DNA of 63,951 nucleotides, counting the filler, from Octopus bimaculoides (Eukaryota): assembly GCF_001194135.2 (NCBI RefSeq). It is 7 parts of 6 records of this genome, joined end to end, with 100 filler letters (N's around TTAATTAATTAA, not from the genome) between each part and the next. Parts side by side here need not be neighbours in the genome. Positions count along the whole stretch, not along the records: positions 35,082 to 57,965 come from NC_068987.1; 6 more parts are not named here. The stretch is one strand, 5' to 3'. The translations under genes were made by a program, and so were the position numbers. The notes under the pieces were generated by a model, which saw only the letters and a list, made by a program, of their open reading frames with translations, made no database searches and was not told the DNA's origin. Shown here one piece after another: positions 38,327 to 51,245 of the stretch (its first letter is position 1; each line of letters starts with the position of its first letter).

Positions 38327-39088
38327 ACTAAACTTTTTGTGAAGTAGAAATTTGAGAAATGCCAAACGGTGAAAGGAACCACCGAAGTATCAAAGACTGA
38401 GAGCCTTTAATCTATGGCGCTGTCAGATAAATTCGTTCATTCCCCACCCCCACTGCCACATTTATTTTAATCATTTGAATTAAGACCAAAAATATTTTTA
38501 GCGTAGTGTTTGTGTTCTTTTTGTTTTGTTTTTTTTTTTTGAGCTCTATTCTTTCTTTACAACTTTTTTTTTATTGTTTTTGAAATTTGAATAAATTTTA
38601 CTTATTTTCAGAGGTATGCCAACGGAGTGCCATACTGAAATAATACGATCGAATTTATCTGCTAACTATATACATTAATCCCGGAAGGGTAGACCTGCAT
38701 ACTGAAATAATACGATCGAATTTATCTGCTAACTATATACATTANNNNNNNNNNNNNNNNNNNNNNNNNNNNNNNNNNNNNNNNNNNNNNNNNNNNNNNN
38801 NNNNNNNNNNNNNNNNNNNNNNNNNNNNNNNNNNNNNNNNNNNNNNNNNNNNNNNNNNNNNNNNNNNNNNNNNNNNNNNNNNNNNNNNNNNNNNNNNNNN
38901 NNNNNNNNNNNNNNNNNNNNNNNNNNNNNNNNNNNNNNNNNNNNNNNNNNNNNNNNNNNNNNNNNNNNNNNNNNNNNNNNNNNNNNNNNNNNNNNNNNNN
39001 NNNNNNNNNNNNNNNNNNNNNNNNNNNNNNNNNNNNNNNNNNNNNNNNNNNNNNNNNNNNNNNNNNNNNNNNNNNNNNNNNNNNNNNN

Positions 39089-39124
<36 letters not shown>

Positions 39125-39127
<3 letters not shown>

Positions 39128-39270
39128 GAATTTAAAAAAAACAAAAGACGAAGACGGGTGTGTAAACAACAAACAAATGTATTAGTTTAACGCTCGGGAA
39201 GTGACAAAGTCTTTTATGTTTCGAGCCTACGTCCTTCAACAGAAAGGAAATAAACAGGGAGAGAAAATAG
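39125..39270 (-). mobile_element. Second copy of the 30117 repeat family
   Basis: Reverse complement similarity (ctgttgaaggacgtaggctcgaaac...ttacacacccgtcttcgtc). Confidence 0.6.
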
Positions 39271-39292
39271 AAAATATATGTATACATATATA

Positions 39293-39497
39293 CAGTAATC
39301 CCTCGACTATTGTGGGTCTTACGTTCCAAACCCCGCGCGATAGCTGAAAATCTGCGAAACAGAAACAGTACTGTACTGTATATTGTTTTAAATTATTTTT
39401 ATAATTTGTATTCATTCATTTTATTATAAACGCAAAACAACACCGCGGAGGAATCGATGCAAGCTTAAATAACAAACCGCGACAGGTGAACCGCGGT
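39293..39497 (+). mobile_element. Tc1/pogo-type MITE, right end truncated
   Basis: TA + CAGTAATCCCTCG terminus; homologous to 42918-43158. Confidence 0.75.
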
Positions 39498-39688
39498 ATA
39501 TATACATAGTATGTATATGTATAAATACGTATGTACACATACACACACAAAACGCATACACGCAAACACATACACACAAACACACACACACACAGACACA
39601 CAAACACACACATACGTACACGTACAAACAAACACACACACACACACACGCGCGCGCACACTACAAACACACACATGCACACATAATT

Positions 39689-39997
39689 GGTACGCCGTCG
39701 CTTACGACAACGAAGGTTACAGTTGAACCGATTGACGGAACAGCCTCTTCCTGAAATTAACGTGAAAATGGCTGAGTACTCCACAGACGTAGTTCTCGAA
39801 GAGATTCAGCATGACACTGAGTGTGACAAGGCTGGCCCCTTTAAATTACAGGTACAACTCATTTTTGCCAGGTGAGTGGACTGAAGCAACGGGAAATAAA
39901 GTGTCTTGCTCAAGGATACAAGGTGCCACTGGGTATCGAACTCAGGAGCTTACGATCCTGTCTCGAATAATCTAACCGCCAAGCCATGCGCCTTCAC
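39689..39997 (-). mobile_element. SINE family C' (different 5' half, shared 3' body)
   Basis: Head GTGAAGGCGCATGGC..GAGTTCGATACC, TCCTTGAGCAAGACAC segment, then family C body. Confidence 0.85.
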
Positions 39998-40927
39998 ACA
40001 CAAACAATTGTGTGTGTGTGTGTNNNNNNNNNNNNNNNNNNNNNNNNNNNNNNNNNNNNNNNNNNNNNNNNNNNNNNNNNNNNNNNNNNNNNNNNNNNNN
40101 NNNNNNNNNNNNNNNNNNNNNNNNNNNNNNNNNNNNNNNNNNNNNNNNNNNNNNNNNNNNNNNNNNNNNNNNNNNNNNNNNNNNNNNNNNNNNNNNNNNN
40201 NNNNNNNNNNNNNNNNNNNNNNNNNNNNNNNNNNNNNNNNNNNNNNNNNNNNNNNNNNNNNNNNNNNNNNNNNNNNNNNNNNNNNNNNNNNNNNNNNNNN
40301 NNNNNNNNNNNNNNNNNNNNNNNNNNNNNNNNNNNNNNNNNNNNNNNNNNNNNNNNNNNNNNNNNNNNNNNNNNNNNNNNNNNNNNNNNNNNNNNNNNNN
40401 NNNNNNNNNNNNNNNNNNNNNNNNNNNNNNNNNNNNNNNNNNNNNNNNNNNNNNNNNNNNNNNNNNNNNNNNNNNNNNNNNNNNNNNNNNNNNNNNNNNN
40501 NNNNNNNNNNNNNNNNNNNNNNNNNNNNNNNNNNNNNNNNNNNNNNNNNNNNNNNNNNNNNNNNNNNNNNNNNNNNNNNNNNNNNNNNNNNNNNNNNNNN
40601 NNNNNNNNNNNNNNNNNNNNNNNNNNNNNNNNNNNNNNNNNNNNNNNNNNNNNNNNNNNNNNNNNNNNNNNNNNNNNNNNNNNNNNNNNNNNNNNNNNNN
40701 NNNNNNNNNNNNNNNNNNNNNNNNNNNNNNNNNNNNNNNNNNNNNNNNNNNNNNNNNNNNNNNNNNNNNNNNNNNNNNNNNNNNNNNNNNNNNNNNNNNN
40801 NNNNNNNNNNNNNNNNNNNNNNNNNNNNNNNNNNNNNNNNNNNNNNNNNNNNNNNNNNNNNNNNNNNNNNNNNNNNNNNNNNNNNNNNNNNNNNNNNNNN
40901 NNNNCACATACAAATATATACATATAT

Positions 40928-41020
40928 ACGACGGGCTTCTTTCAGTTTCCGTCTACCAAATCCACTCACAAGGCTTTGGTCGGCCCGAGGCTATAGTCGA
41001 AGACACTTGCCCAAGGTGTC
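40928..41020 (-). mobile_element. SINE family B, partial
   Basis: CORE-like part on - strand, head deleted. Confidence 0.85.
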
Positions 41021-41210
41021 ACGGGCGAATGCTTAGCGGTATTTCGTCTGTCTTTACGTTCTGAGTTCAAATTCTGTCGAGGTCGACTTTGCCTTTCATC
41101 CTTTCGGGGTCGATAAATTAAGTACCAGTTGCGTACTGGTGTCGATGTAATCGACTGCCCCCCCCTCTCACCCAAAATTTCAGGCCTTGTGCCTAGAGTA
41201 GAAAAGAGTA
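41021..41210 (+). mobile_element. SINE family A, 5'-truncated, fused to the preceding B copy
   Basis: gggcgaatgcttagcggtatttcg...gcctagagtagaaaagag. Confidence 0.9.
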
Positions 41211-41214
41211 TCTG

Positions 41215-42170
41215 CTCCTGAATTTAGATGGAGTAGACGGTACTTTCGTACAATACAACGGCGTCCATTCTGGTATTTGTATAACACTCAATGCCGAAAA
41301 TAGGTACTAGCCCTTCCAGAATTTCCCATATGTAGATTATTGCGTTTCTGTTGCGTTTCTGCTCCAGGGATTGAAGTCGTAGTTTTTTCTGCTTCTCCCT
41401 GTAACTCATCTGCTGTTCTGATATAATTTGTTTTAGTGTAGAGACATTGGACCGCTTCAAGCTCTGCTGTTAGTTTGGCACTATGTGGTGGTGACCATGG
41501 CTGAGAGTAGTAGTCCAGGCAGCTGAGAACAAAGGTCTTCCACAGGTCAACATAACTTCTTGGTCTCTTGTCTTGAAGGATCTTAGTATCCGTCCTGCCA
41601 GTTATCTGCACTTTACTGCCATCTTGGTAATGCGCATATGAAATAATGCATCATTGCCCATACTGATCCCCAAGTCTTTCACTGCCTGTGACACTAGCAT
41701 TGCTGTGGCTTCAGGTCCTGTATATGCAGGCTGCGATGCATTCGTGAGTTGATAGTACAGTGCTTAAAATTTACCAGCTTTAAACTACACGTTGCTTACT
41801 TCAGCTCTCTTGCGACGTTCATCTGGATTTTCATTGCCAGTGATAATTCTGTATCATCGGCGTAGCTAGTGACAGTGGCTGTGCGAGTGACTATGGGCAT
41901 GTCTAAGAGGGTTATTATAAACATTGACGGCTCCCAAAATATTTCCCAGGGGAACACCACTTAGAACTTGAGTTTGCTGAAACTGGGCACAGGCAGCTGC
42001 AACTGCTTGACTTCTGTCTTTATGGAAGTAATGCTGTCACTTTCCCAGTTTACCAGCAATGCAAAGACCTTGCAGCTTATGGCTTATTATGCCACGATCT
42101 ATCTTATAACCCTTCCTAGGCACAAAATTTGTTTCAACACGCAAATACATATCAAGAATCTTGCAAATCA
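41215..42170 (-). mobile_element. CR1/L2-like LINE, decayed RT and C-terminal region
   Basis: Frameshifted peptides KDRSQAV, SGVPLG, YADDT, TFVLSCLDYYSQPWSP, AIIYIWEILEGLVP. Confidence 0.8.
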
Positions 42171-42472
42171 AAATAAATTAAGATAGTCATCCATGTGTCA
42201 TACCTAACATATATGCACCATTGACAGGCAACATGCTGCAGTTTTCGTCCAAGATAAAATCTCTTACAGATGTATTAACAAAGGCATTACATCGAAGTAT
42301 ATAGCGTAGGAGTATCGTTGCGAAATGCCTCTGGCGTTCACGATCTTTCGTTTCACCGCCATATCGGACGGAAACAGCAGTTGAAGTTTAAACAAGCAGG
42401 GTAACCCGTTTAGAAATTTTTAGAAGACCCTGTATATAGACACAATCTGTCGTTTGGTTTAAACACTTTAAC

Positions 42473-42523
42473 CTGGTCCTTGCGGTCTTTTGACGGAACA
42501 GAACTTGCGGTACACAAGTGGAA
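42473..42523 (-). CDS. Possible 51-nt exon, frame undetermined
   Basis: tttctcctttttggttttctag acceptor, CAG/GTTAAA donor; all three frames open. Confidence 0.25.
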
Positions 42524-42719
42524 CTAGAAAACCAAAAAGGAGAAATTCAACCTCCTTCCTCCTTCTCCCCCGCCTAGTCTTTGAGATCCTGAAATGGGTC
42601 AAGGGTAACATCTTTCCTCGTATAATTAAGTCATGGGAAAAACAATGAAACACATTTATTTTGTCAAAAGTAGAACAAGGACCACTTAGAGTCACATAGC
42701 CTGGTGCTTGTGTATATTA

Positions 42720-42753
<34 letters not shown>

Positions 42754-42772
42754 TCAGCATTGTGTGTGTATA

Positions 42773-42804
<32 letters not shown>

Positions 42805-42917
42805 GAAGAGAGAGTGAAAGAGAGAGTATACATACAGACAGACATACGTTACATATCTATCTGTCTATGATATAGATGTATGTATGTGTGTGTGTGTGTA
42901 TGTATATATATATATAT

Positions 42918-43158
42918 AGTAATCCTTCGACTATTGCAGGTGATACGTTTCAACCCCACCCCACCCGCGAAATGTCAAAATCCGCGAAGTAGAAACAGTA
43001 CACCACTGTATATTTTTTTTCATTATTTCTATAATTTGTATATATTTATTTTATCGTAAATGCAAAACAACACCACAGAGGAAAAGACGTAAGCTTAAAC
43101 AATAAACCGCGATCGGTCAACCGCGATCGGTCAACCGCGATATGGCGAGAGATTACTG
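42918..43158 (+). mobile_element. Tc1/pogo-type MITE (~240 bp)
   Basis: Terminal inverted repeats AGTAATCCTTCG / CGAGAGATTACTG flanked by TA. Confidence 0.8.
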
Positions 43159-43253
43159 TACACACACACGCACACACACACGCGCGCGCGCGGTTGTATA
43201 TGATTGATTTTGATGTTACTGATGCATTTCGATATGCAATAAGACTGCCATTG

Positions 43254-43267
43254 GTTTCCATGGTAAC
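43254..43267. promoter_or_regulatory. Canonical RFX X-box GTTTCCATGGTAAC
   Basis: Exact match to GTTNCCATGGNAAC. Confidence 0.45.
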
Positions 43268-43466
43268 CCACAAATATAGAATACTCATCTACTAATGAAA
43301 TCCTGAGTACTCATTCTTACCCTTCTTAATTGGCGCACGCGCGCATCTATCTATATGTTTGTGTGTATGTGTATATATATGTATGTTTACATATATGTAT
43401 ATATATATATGTATATATATATGTGTGTGTGAGTATATATATATTTATACATATATATGTGTGTAT

Positions 43467-43505
<39 letters not shown>

Positions 43506-43839
43506 CATACATATATCTATATATATGTATGTGGTATATGTATGTGGTGGTGGTGGTGACGATGACTACGATTTTGATGATGATTGACTCCTATGTGGGA
43601 GAGGATTAGGCTGCCATTCTTGTTGATAATGACATTAAGGAGAGTACTAAATTCCACAATTAAAAATAATTAGTGTAACGCATTAATTATATCAGTAATT
43701 AATTCCGTTTATAATGGATTGAATTAGAGACTCACTGATCTTAAAATCCCAGAAAGGGGAAGGAGTAAATTTAAAATTCAGGATGGATTACGAAATCATT
43801 CACGAAGGAAAGAAATCGTGCATACAAACGAATATAACT

Positions 43840-44153
43840 GGTACTCCGTCGGTTACGACGACCAGTGTTCCAGTTGATCCGATCAGCTTGCTAACGAACA
43901 GATTGCTCGTGAAATTAACGTGCCAGTGGCTGAGTACTCCATAGCGTAGTTCTCAAGGAAATTCAGCGTGACACAGAGTGTGATAAGGCTGGCCCTTTGA
44001 AATAAAGATACAACTCATTTTTGCCAGCTGAGTGAACCGGAGTAATGCGAAATAAAGTGTCTTGCTCAAGGACACAATTTGTCGCTGGGAATCGAACTCA
44101 CGTTCTTACTATCGTGAGCCGAATACCCTGACTACTTAGCTACGTGCCTTCAC
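43840..44153 (-). mobile_element. SINE family C'
   Basis: Homologous to 39689-39997. Confidence 0.85.
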
Positions 44154-45135
44154 AAAATATTATACACTTATCATAAAAGCCACGACGGGAGAATAAAGAC
44201 AGCTTTGCAGATTAACGAAAGGCTTGTAGATTAAATGGTTTCTATAAAGAAGTAAATAGACAAAGATATATATATATATAGTATACTGTTTCATGAAGGT
44301 AAGATCAACAAAAGAAAGTATTCCATCTGGTGAGAGATATTGTTTAATGAGCACAGTACATATTTTTATGAGATACCAATAGTTTCATGCTATATAAATA
44401 TGTTCTTTTACTTGTTTCAGTCGTTTGACAGCGGCCATACTAGAGCAATGAAATCATTTGATCTGGTAGTTCCGGCGGCCGTAGTCAGACGGTTCCCATC
44501 TGTTAACGATATAAATGCGTGTGCTTTTTTGCACCGCCAATCCATATGAGAGATCCTCTCAAGGAATAACTCCGTATTCAGTGTCCTAACATAAACGTCC
44601 ACATTACGTTGGTGATAAAGATTGCCTTCTCTCGCTATTAATTATATATGTATTTGTACACACACACGCATGCGCACTCGCACACACATGTATGTACCTA
44701 TATACGTGTACGTATATCGATACTTCTTTACATAAACGGTTCACAGCTCTCTTGTATAACCAGTTGATAATGCACTCGCTGCATGCAACCAAAATCAAAA
44801 GAATGTAGTTTATTAAATCCTGAGATATCCTCACATCTTACCATGTATTTAACACAAAATTTAAATAATATTCACATGCAAAAGAAACAAGTCGGTTTGT
44901 TATATTCCTCTCAAAAGACATGAGAGTCAGCAATCACTGTGGTTATTGTGTCGCTTTAACGTTTTTAGAACTTCAATTGCATATCATGAATAAATGAATA
45001 TATATTACATTGAAACACACACATGTATATACATATATAGATAAATACATTTATATACATATATACATACAGACATACAAACACATATACATATGTATAT
45101 ATGTATATCATTTAAATATATTTCTTAAATCTATC

Positions 45136-45178
<43 letters not shown>

Positions 45179-45249
45179 NNNNNNNNNNTGTATCTGATGG
45201 ATTCTCTTGTGAACAACAAATAAATTTTCAGTAAAATCAAGCATTAATC

Positions 45250-46230
45250 ATGTTCTATGGACATGAAGGTGTCTCTTGAGGCCTGCTGGTGTCTTGCAAA
45301 CCTTTTGGCAAATGGGACAAGTGTTGAGGACTCAATTGGCTTGAGTGCTTGTGGATCGGTTACTATGTGTTTTCTTGAGTGGATGGCAAGGCCTGCTTTG
45401 CATCATGCCACAAAACCACAATGACAGGTAAGGAGCTGTGTTTTGCCAGTTTGCCTCCATGCTCTCATGAAGTTGGTCCCGGTATTGGAGTCGATTTTGC
45501 TCAAATTTTTGATCTGAGGAGAAACAGGACTGGTACCAGATCTTGCATTCTGATGCTTTGTTTTCCCAGGAAGAAAAGAGAATGTTGCATCGTTTCAGAT
45601 TGTCTTTTAGTTTGTCTTTAAAGCGCAAGACTGGCCTTCCAATTGACTTTCTTGTTGGGAATTGGTCAAAGAGAAGTTGCTTCGTAATTCTGATATCACT
45701 CACACGTGAGAGATGACCTGGCCATCTTAGCTGTATTTTGATGAGGATGGCTTCAATACCTGATATGTCGCATTTTGTAAGTAGCTCACTATTATGAAGA
45801 CAGTCACTCTGTTTTGGAGATAATACGCAAGCATTGCATATGAAAAGCGTCAAGCTGATTGAAGTGCTTTCGGTACAAAGTCCAAGATTCAGCACCATAA
45901 AGCAATGTTGTCAGGACCACTGTCTTATATACATTGACTTCAACGATACGTCGTGGTTGTTCTATAACCTGTGATAAAAAGTGGAGCTAGCCTTCCCGAT
46001 TCTGAACTCGATTTCTTTATCCATCTTCGCATCATTGGACACAATGGAACCAAGATAAGTGAAGGAGGGAAACAGTTTTTAGTGCTTTCCCATCAACATA
46101 TACATTAGGGGCAACAGTGGAAGGATGGTCACGAATGGACTGATGGACAAGCTCAGTTTTCTTGATGCTGATAGTCAGACCAAAGGCCTTCGATGCACGT
46201 GAGAAGTTGTTTAGAATCCATTGCATGTTC
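45250..46230 (-). mobile_element. RTE-clade LINE, decayed 3' part of ORF
   Basis: FGLTISIKKTELV (RT end) and QLRWPGHLSRVSDIRITKQLLF...GRPVLRFKDKLKDNLK (typical RTE C-terminus). Confidence 0.85.
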
Positions 46231-46234
46231 TCAA

Positions 46235-46315
<81 letters not shown>

Positions 46316-46320
<5 letters not shown>

Positions 46321-46880
46321 CTGGAATAGTTGGTAAACTGGGAGAATGGCTGCATGACTTCCTAAAAGATAGAAGTCAGGCAGTTTCAGTTATTGATGCC
46401 TTCTCTAATGAAAACAAAAATTCTGAGTGGCATTCCCCAGGGAACTCTCTTGGGACCATTACTGTTTATAGTAGCTCTCTTATACTTGCCCATCGTTACT
46501 CAGCCTGTCACTAGCTACGTCGATGATACATAATTATCAAGATGACAACAAAATGCAGACAAGTGGCAGGATGGATACTAAGGTCGTTCAAGACACGAGA
46601 CACAGAAACCATGTTGACCGCGGAAGTGCCCAAAGGTACCATCCACTCTATCTAAAGTTAGGACCAGGTACTGAAATGACTTGGGGTTCAAGGGCCCAGA
46701 GCTCTTCAATGCTTTGCTAAAAAAATCAAGAAACCTACACGATGTGGATGTGGATGTGGATGTCTTGTAAAAAAACAAAACGGGATATTCTCCTCTCTAC
46801 GATACCAGACGAACCAACGTCTCAGCATGAAGTACAGATGAAGGCAGAGGTGTCAAACATACTCACTCACCAAATGAGTC
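46316..46880 (+). mobile_element. CR1/L2-like LINE fragment (same family as 41215)
   Basis: GIVGKLGEWLHDFLKDRSQAV and frameshifted SGIPQG / YVDDT motifs. Confidence 0.75.
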
Positions 46881-47043
46881 AACAACTAAGCTAAAAGCGC
46901 ATGCAGGAGTGGAGATATGAAATCCCACCATCCTGAAGAAATCGACCGAAAAAGAAAGCTGTAAGCTATGTCAAAAGGTACAAAATTACGATGGTGCTCC
47001 AACATGACCGCAGCCGCATAACGGAAATGAATTAAAGAATAGA

Positions 47044-47082
<39 letters not shown>

Positions 47083-47160
47083 CGTCAAGAATATGGCAAC
47101 TGGAATGAACGAGCGGGGCTGGCGTTTATCATGGAGTAATGGCAAGTTGACTGGAGCTCA

Positions 47161-47381
47161 ATTTATTTATATGTATGTATGTATGTATGTATGTTTGTAT
47201 GTATATATAAATACACATCCTATACTCTTTATGTCTACCCGAGTATTGTATCTAAAGCCGTCTGTTTATCGTCGAAACATTACTAGGACTCAACACACAA
47301 AGAAATCATCCATCTGGAAACTATGGGTGGTCATGACAACTGTTTTCATGGTGTATGTATTTCACACAAATCAAACCTTCT
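47161..47381 (-). mobile_element. ~220-bp short element ending in (TACA)n, within a 17-bp direct repeat
   Basis: Near-identical copy at 51246-51462; TGGAGTAATGGCAAGTT at 47132-47148 and 47385-47401. Confidence 0.75.
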
Positions 47382-48894
47382 GACTGGAGTAATGGCAAGT
47401 TTAAATTCTTAATTTAAAAACCAACTGAAGAAAGACAAGAATGGTTGAGGAGGGGTTGTAGTGAGAAGTAGAAAGGAAAAGAGAAGATGGAGGGAAAAGT
47501 GTAGCGTAACTGAAGAGGAGTTAGTTAAAAGGCGCGAGGTAACGGCAACTCGAAAAAGAAATAAAACTGGCGATAAACTTTGAAGTTTGAGAAAATGGTT
47601 AGGGAAGCTAGATGAAAGGAAGTCCGATATCTAACAAAGAATAATTTAAGAATGAACGAGAAACGTTGTAAAAGAATGAGCGAGAAACGTTGTGAGCCAG
47701 TCGATTTCAGAGACACTTAGTAGACAATTAGCTTATCATAATTCATAGCAGTCAAGGGTTAGATAAGAAGGAGATAAAAAGATAAAGATAGAAATAAGTA
47801 GACGTTAACGGGGTACAGGTGATGAAGACTGCAAAGTGGGTCTGTCGTGTATAAAGATGAGTTCAACGGGAAGAGGAGGCAGGAGAAATGACGGTGCGCT
47901 GGTAGGAGATGGAGAAGGCGAGAAATGAAACTGAATATTGTAAAGAAGACGAATGTTGAGGAAGTGTAAGAGCGAACGAGTGGAGCGGAATAGGAAGGCT
48001 GACTTATTTCGGTCAGAATGTAATGATTTATAATAATAATAATAAGAGAAAGTTTTGTAATACCGGTGACAGCATTACGTCAGAAAAGCGATTAAAGAGG
48101 CAGACCTCACCCTCATGTAATATCCTGAGCGACTCACAACAGCATTAATTACATGGTAGTCGGTTTCTCGTGTACGGCATTCCCATATCAATTATGTGCC
48201 GGAATATGTCTTAGGGAATACCATCAGCTTTGAGGTGATGGATGTGGCTGGCCAGGGAGACAGATCGTTTCTTATTAGTATTTGAAGAGTTCAGATGAGC
48301 AAGAAATCGGCTCTATGCAAAATCTGGCGGCGTGCGACCGGGTGGTGACAACAGTACATTTATAAACAACATTACAACTTAAGCAATTATCTCTCAAAGG
48401 ATAGTTAAGAGGTATTCTGAGGTCGATTCGAATAGTTGGCACCATTGTTAGTATTGTAGTCAGAGTTATGAACCTTTACCGTCTTCATTATTAGCATTGA
48501 AATTGTTTACATAGTTAGGATTATTCATGTAATAATTTTTGTTATTACACATACAGGTAACAATATTGTTATAGTTGGGGCAAATGCTATTCACGCTATG
48601 CGTATAATTACTAGTATTACTAAATATTCACGCTATGCGTATAATTACTAGTATTACTAAATATTCACGCTACCGTCTTTAATAGTAGTTTTAACCACAG
48701 AGTATAGTTTTTGTCAAAAGTAAACACTAGCATTCACTCTCTCCGTTCTATTCTAATATTCAGCAATTGGTCGTTCAGCCCGGTTGGTTAGTAGTGACCT
48801 ATAATCCCTCGGCTATTGTTATTGTTACTATTATAAGTGACATTGACGGTATCCACTCCATTGTTAATGCTATGGGAACGCTAGTGACGGATCT

Positions 48895-49135
48895 CATATA
48901 CATACATACATACATACATACATACATACATGTACGTATGTATAACTCATACATGTATGTATGTATGCATGTATGTATGTATGTATGTATGTATGTATGC
49001 TTGTATATATGTCATTGTTCAGTTTTATTTCAAGATTTTTTGCCAATAGAGAAAGAGCCAGTTTCCAACGTGGATCCAAGGCTCTTTCATTGAAATTTCA
49101 ACATCAACGACAGGGTATCTTTGTATGTATATATG

Positions 49136-49169
<34 letters not shown>

Positions 49170-49470
49170 TGTATGTATGTATGTATGTATGTGCAGATTT
49201 GTATGTTTTATGTATATATTTGCATATCTAGAAATGCTCATATATACTTAAACGATAAACTTCTAGGAAGTTTTACAGATTTTTACAGTTCCAGTGATGG
49301 ATTGGATCTGTAGTCTTCGAATTAGCTTTCTCCTTTCTGGTTTTGAGAAGCCTAATTTCTCAAGACTGGTATTTAGGCAGTATGTTACATATCCTAGGGC
49401 CCCAATAATTACAGGTATAAACCTGAACTTGTAATCTAGATAGAGTAACTGCAGATTTCTCATGTATTAT
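48895..49470 (-). mobile_element. R4/Dong-like RLE retrotransposon 3' end with (CATA)n tracts
   Basis: FIPVIIGALGYV...LQIQSITGTVKICKTS* is the C-terminal RLE signature; 3' UTR followed by (TACA)n. Confidence 0.7.
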
Positions 49471-49473
49471 ATA

Positions 49474-50424
49474 CAGAGTGCGTAAGGTATTTGAGGACAT
49501 ACCTTTTGGGGGGTCATTGCTGCATTTTTTGCTGACTCTGTATAATCTTTGTCTCAGAAAATAATAATAACAGACCCTCAGTTTACTTAAGAAATGAAGA
49601 GGCATGCTGTTATTGGGGTTATAAAGGCTGAGCTTAGCGATTTAGAAATATCTCGAGTTTTAAAAGTTGCCAGATCTTTCGTCTACAAAGTTCGTAAGGA
49701 GTTAGAGACTGAAGATGGAAACGTATCACCAGTATCAAAGCATAAAAAGCATTCTAAACGCTTTGAAATCATCAAAACACCTGAATTAATCCACCAAGCT
49801 CAACAGACCATTGATTACAATCCCAGAAAATCCATGAGGTCAATTTCAAAAGATCTCCATGTGTCAGAAGGAACAGTCAGAAATGTTGTCCACAAAGACA
49901 TCAGATATAAGTCTTATATGACGAGGAAAGGTCGATTCGTCAGAAAAAACAAAAGAAAATCACTACATCATATGTGAAAGGCTTTTAAACAAACTGAAAA
50001 ATCCAGCAGAAGATTTGATTTGGTTTTTCTCAAACGAGAAAAACTTTGACCAAGATTAAAAAGTTAACAGAAGAAACGACAGATGGTTATGTGCAGACCC
50101 TTTTGAAGTTCCAAGTGTTATGCATACAACATTTCCTGCAACTGTCATGGTTTTAGGGGTTGTCAGCAATGAATGACATGTGATGCCTCCTTACTTCTTT
50201 TCACAAGGCCTTAGCGTTAACTCTGCCACCTACACTGAGGCCCTGGAAATTATTGTTAAGCCCTGGATAGACAGCGTATTCAATGGAAGACCATATATGT
50301 TTCAGTAAGACCCTGCACTATCACACATGGCTCTAGTAACACAGGAATGGATGGTTGAAAATTTTCATGATCACATAATCCCTAACATTTGGCCTCCTAA
50401 TTCCCCAGATCTCAATCCATTATC
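49474..50424 (+). mobile_element. Tc1/mariner transposase pseudogene, 3'-truncated (maT/DD37D-like)
   Basis: TA + CAGAGTG terminus; HTH ORF 49594-49977, then frameshifted WFFSNEK, VMVLGVVS, FQ*DPALSH, WPPNSPDLNPL. Confidence 0.88.
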
Positions 50425-51245
50425 ACAAAAGGAATTTCTATCCATTTTCAAATGTATAATATTGTACCAAAGACATTTTTCTCTTTCTCTCTCTCTGTCT
50501 CTTGATATATATATATATATGTATATATATATGCATATATATATGNNNNNNNNNNNNNNNNNNNNNNNNNNNNNNNNNNNNNNNNNNNNNNNNNNNNNNN
50601 NNNNNNNNNNNNNNNNNNNNNNNNNNNNNNNNNNNNNNNNNNNNNNNNNNNNNNNNNNNNNNNNNNNNNNNNNNNNNNNNNNNNNNNNNNNNNNNNNNNN
50701 NNNNNNNNNNNNNNNNNNNNNNNNNNNNNNNNNNNNNNNNNNNNNNNNNNNNNNNNNNNNNNNNNNNNNNNNNNNNNNNNNNNNNNNNNNNNNNNNNNNN
50801 NNNNNNNNNNNNNNNNNNNNNNNNNNNNNNNNNNNNNNNNNNNNTATATATATATGCATATATATATGCATATATATGCATATATATATACATATATATA
50901 TATACACATATTTATATACATATATATGCACACACATACATATATATGTATGTATACACACACACATATATATATATATATGTGTGTGCATGCATGTATA
51001 CGTGATTAAATGAACACGCTTACCTCATTAATTGAATATGAAGCGATCAAGGCTGTGGTTTATTACGTAAGAACGTTTTTTTTTTAATCTAAGGAATCCA
51101 AACGATATATATCCACTCTTTACAGGCGAAACAGTGTCAGTATTAATGGTCAGTACAAATATATCCTGATTCACTGTACATTATCTCACAAAAACATAAA
51201 ACGGGTGTCACAGGATCAGTAAATAATGAAGATATATTTCTCTTA

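Noticed and set aside
38631-38745. 47-bp direct repeat at 67-bp spacing
   Set aside because: Second copy ends exactly at a gap; cannot separate a tandem repeat from an assembly artefact
48160-48285. FEVMDVAGQ resembling the GTPase DTAGQ motif
   Set aside because: Bounded by stops after ~41 codons, no P-loop, no clear splice sites
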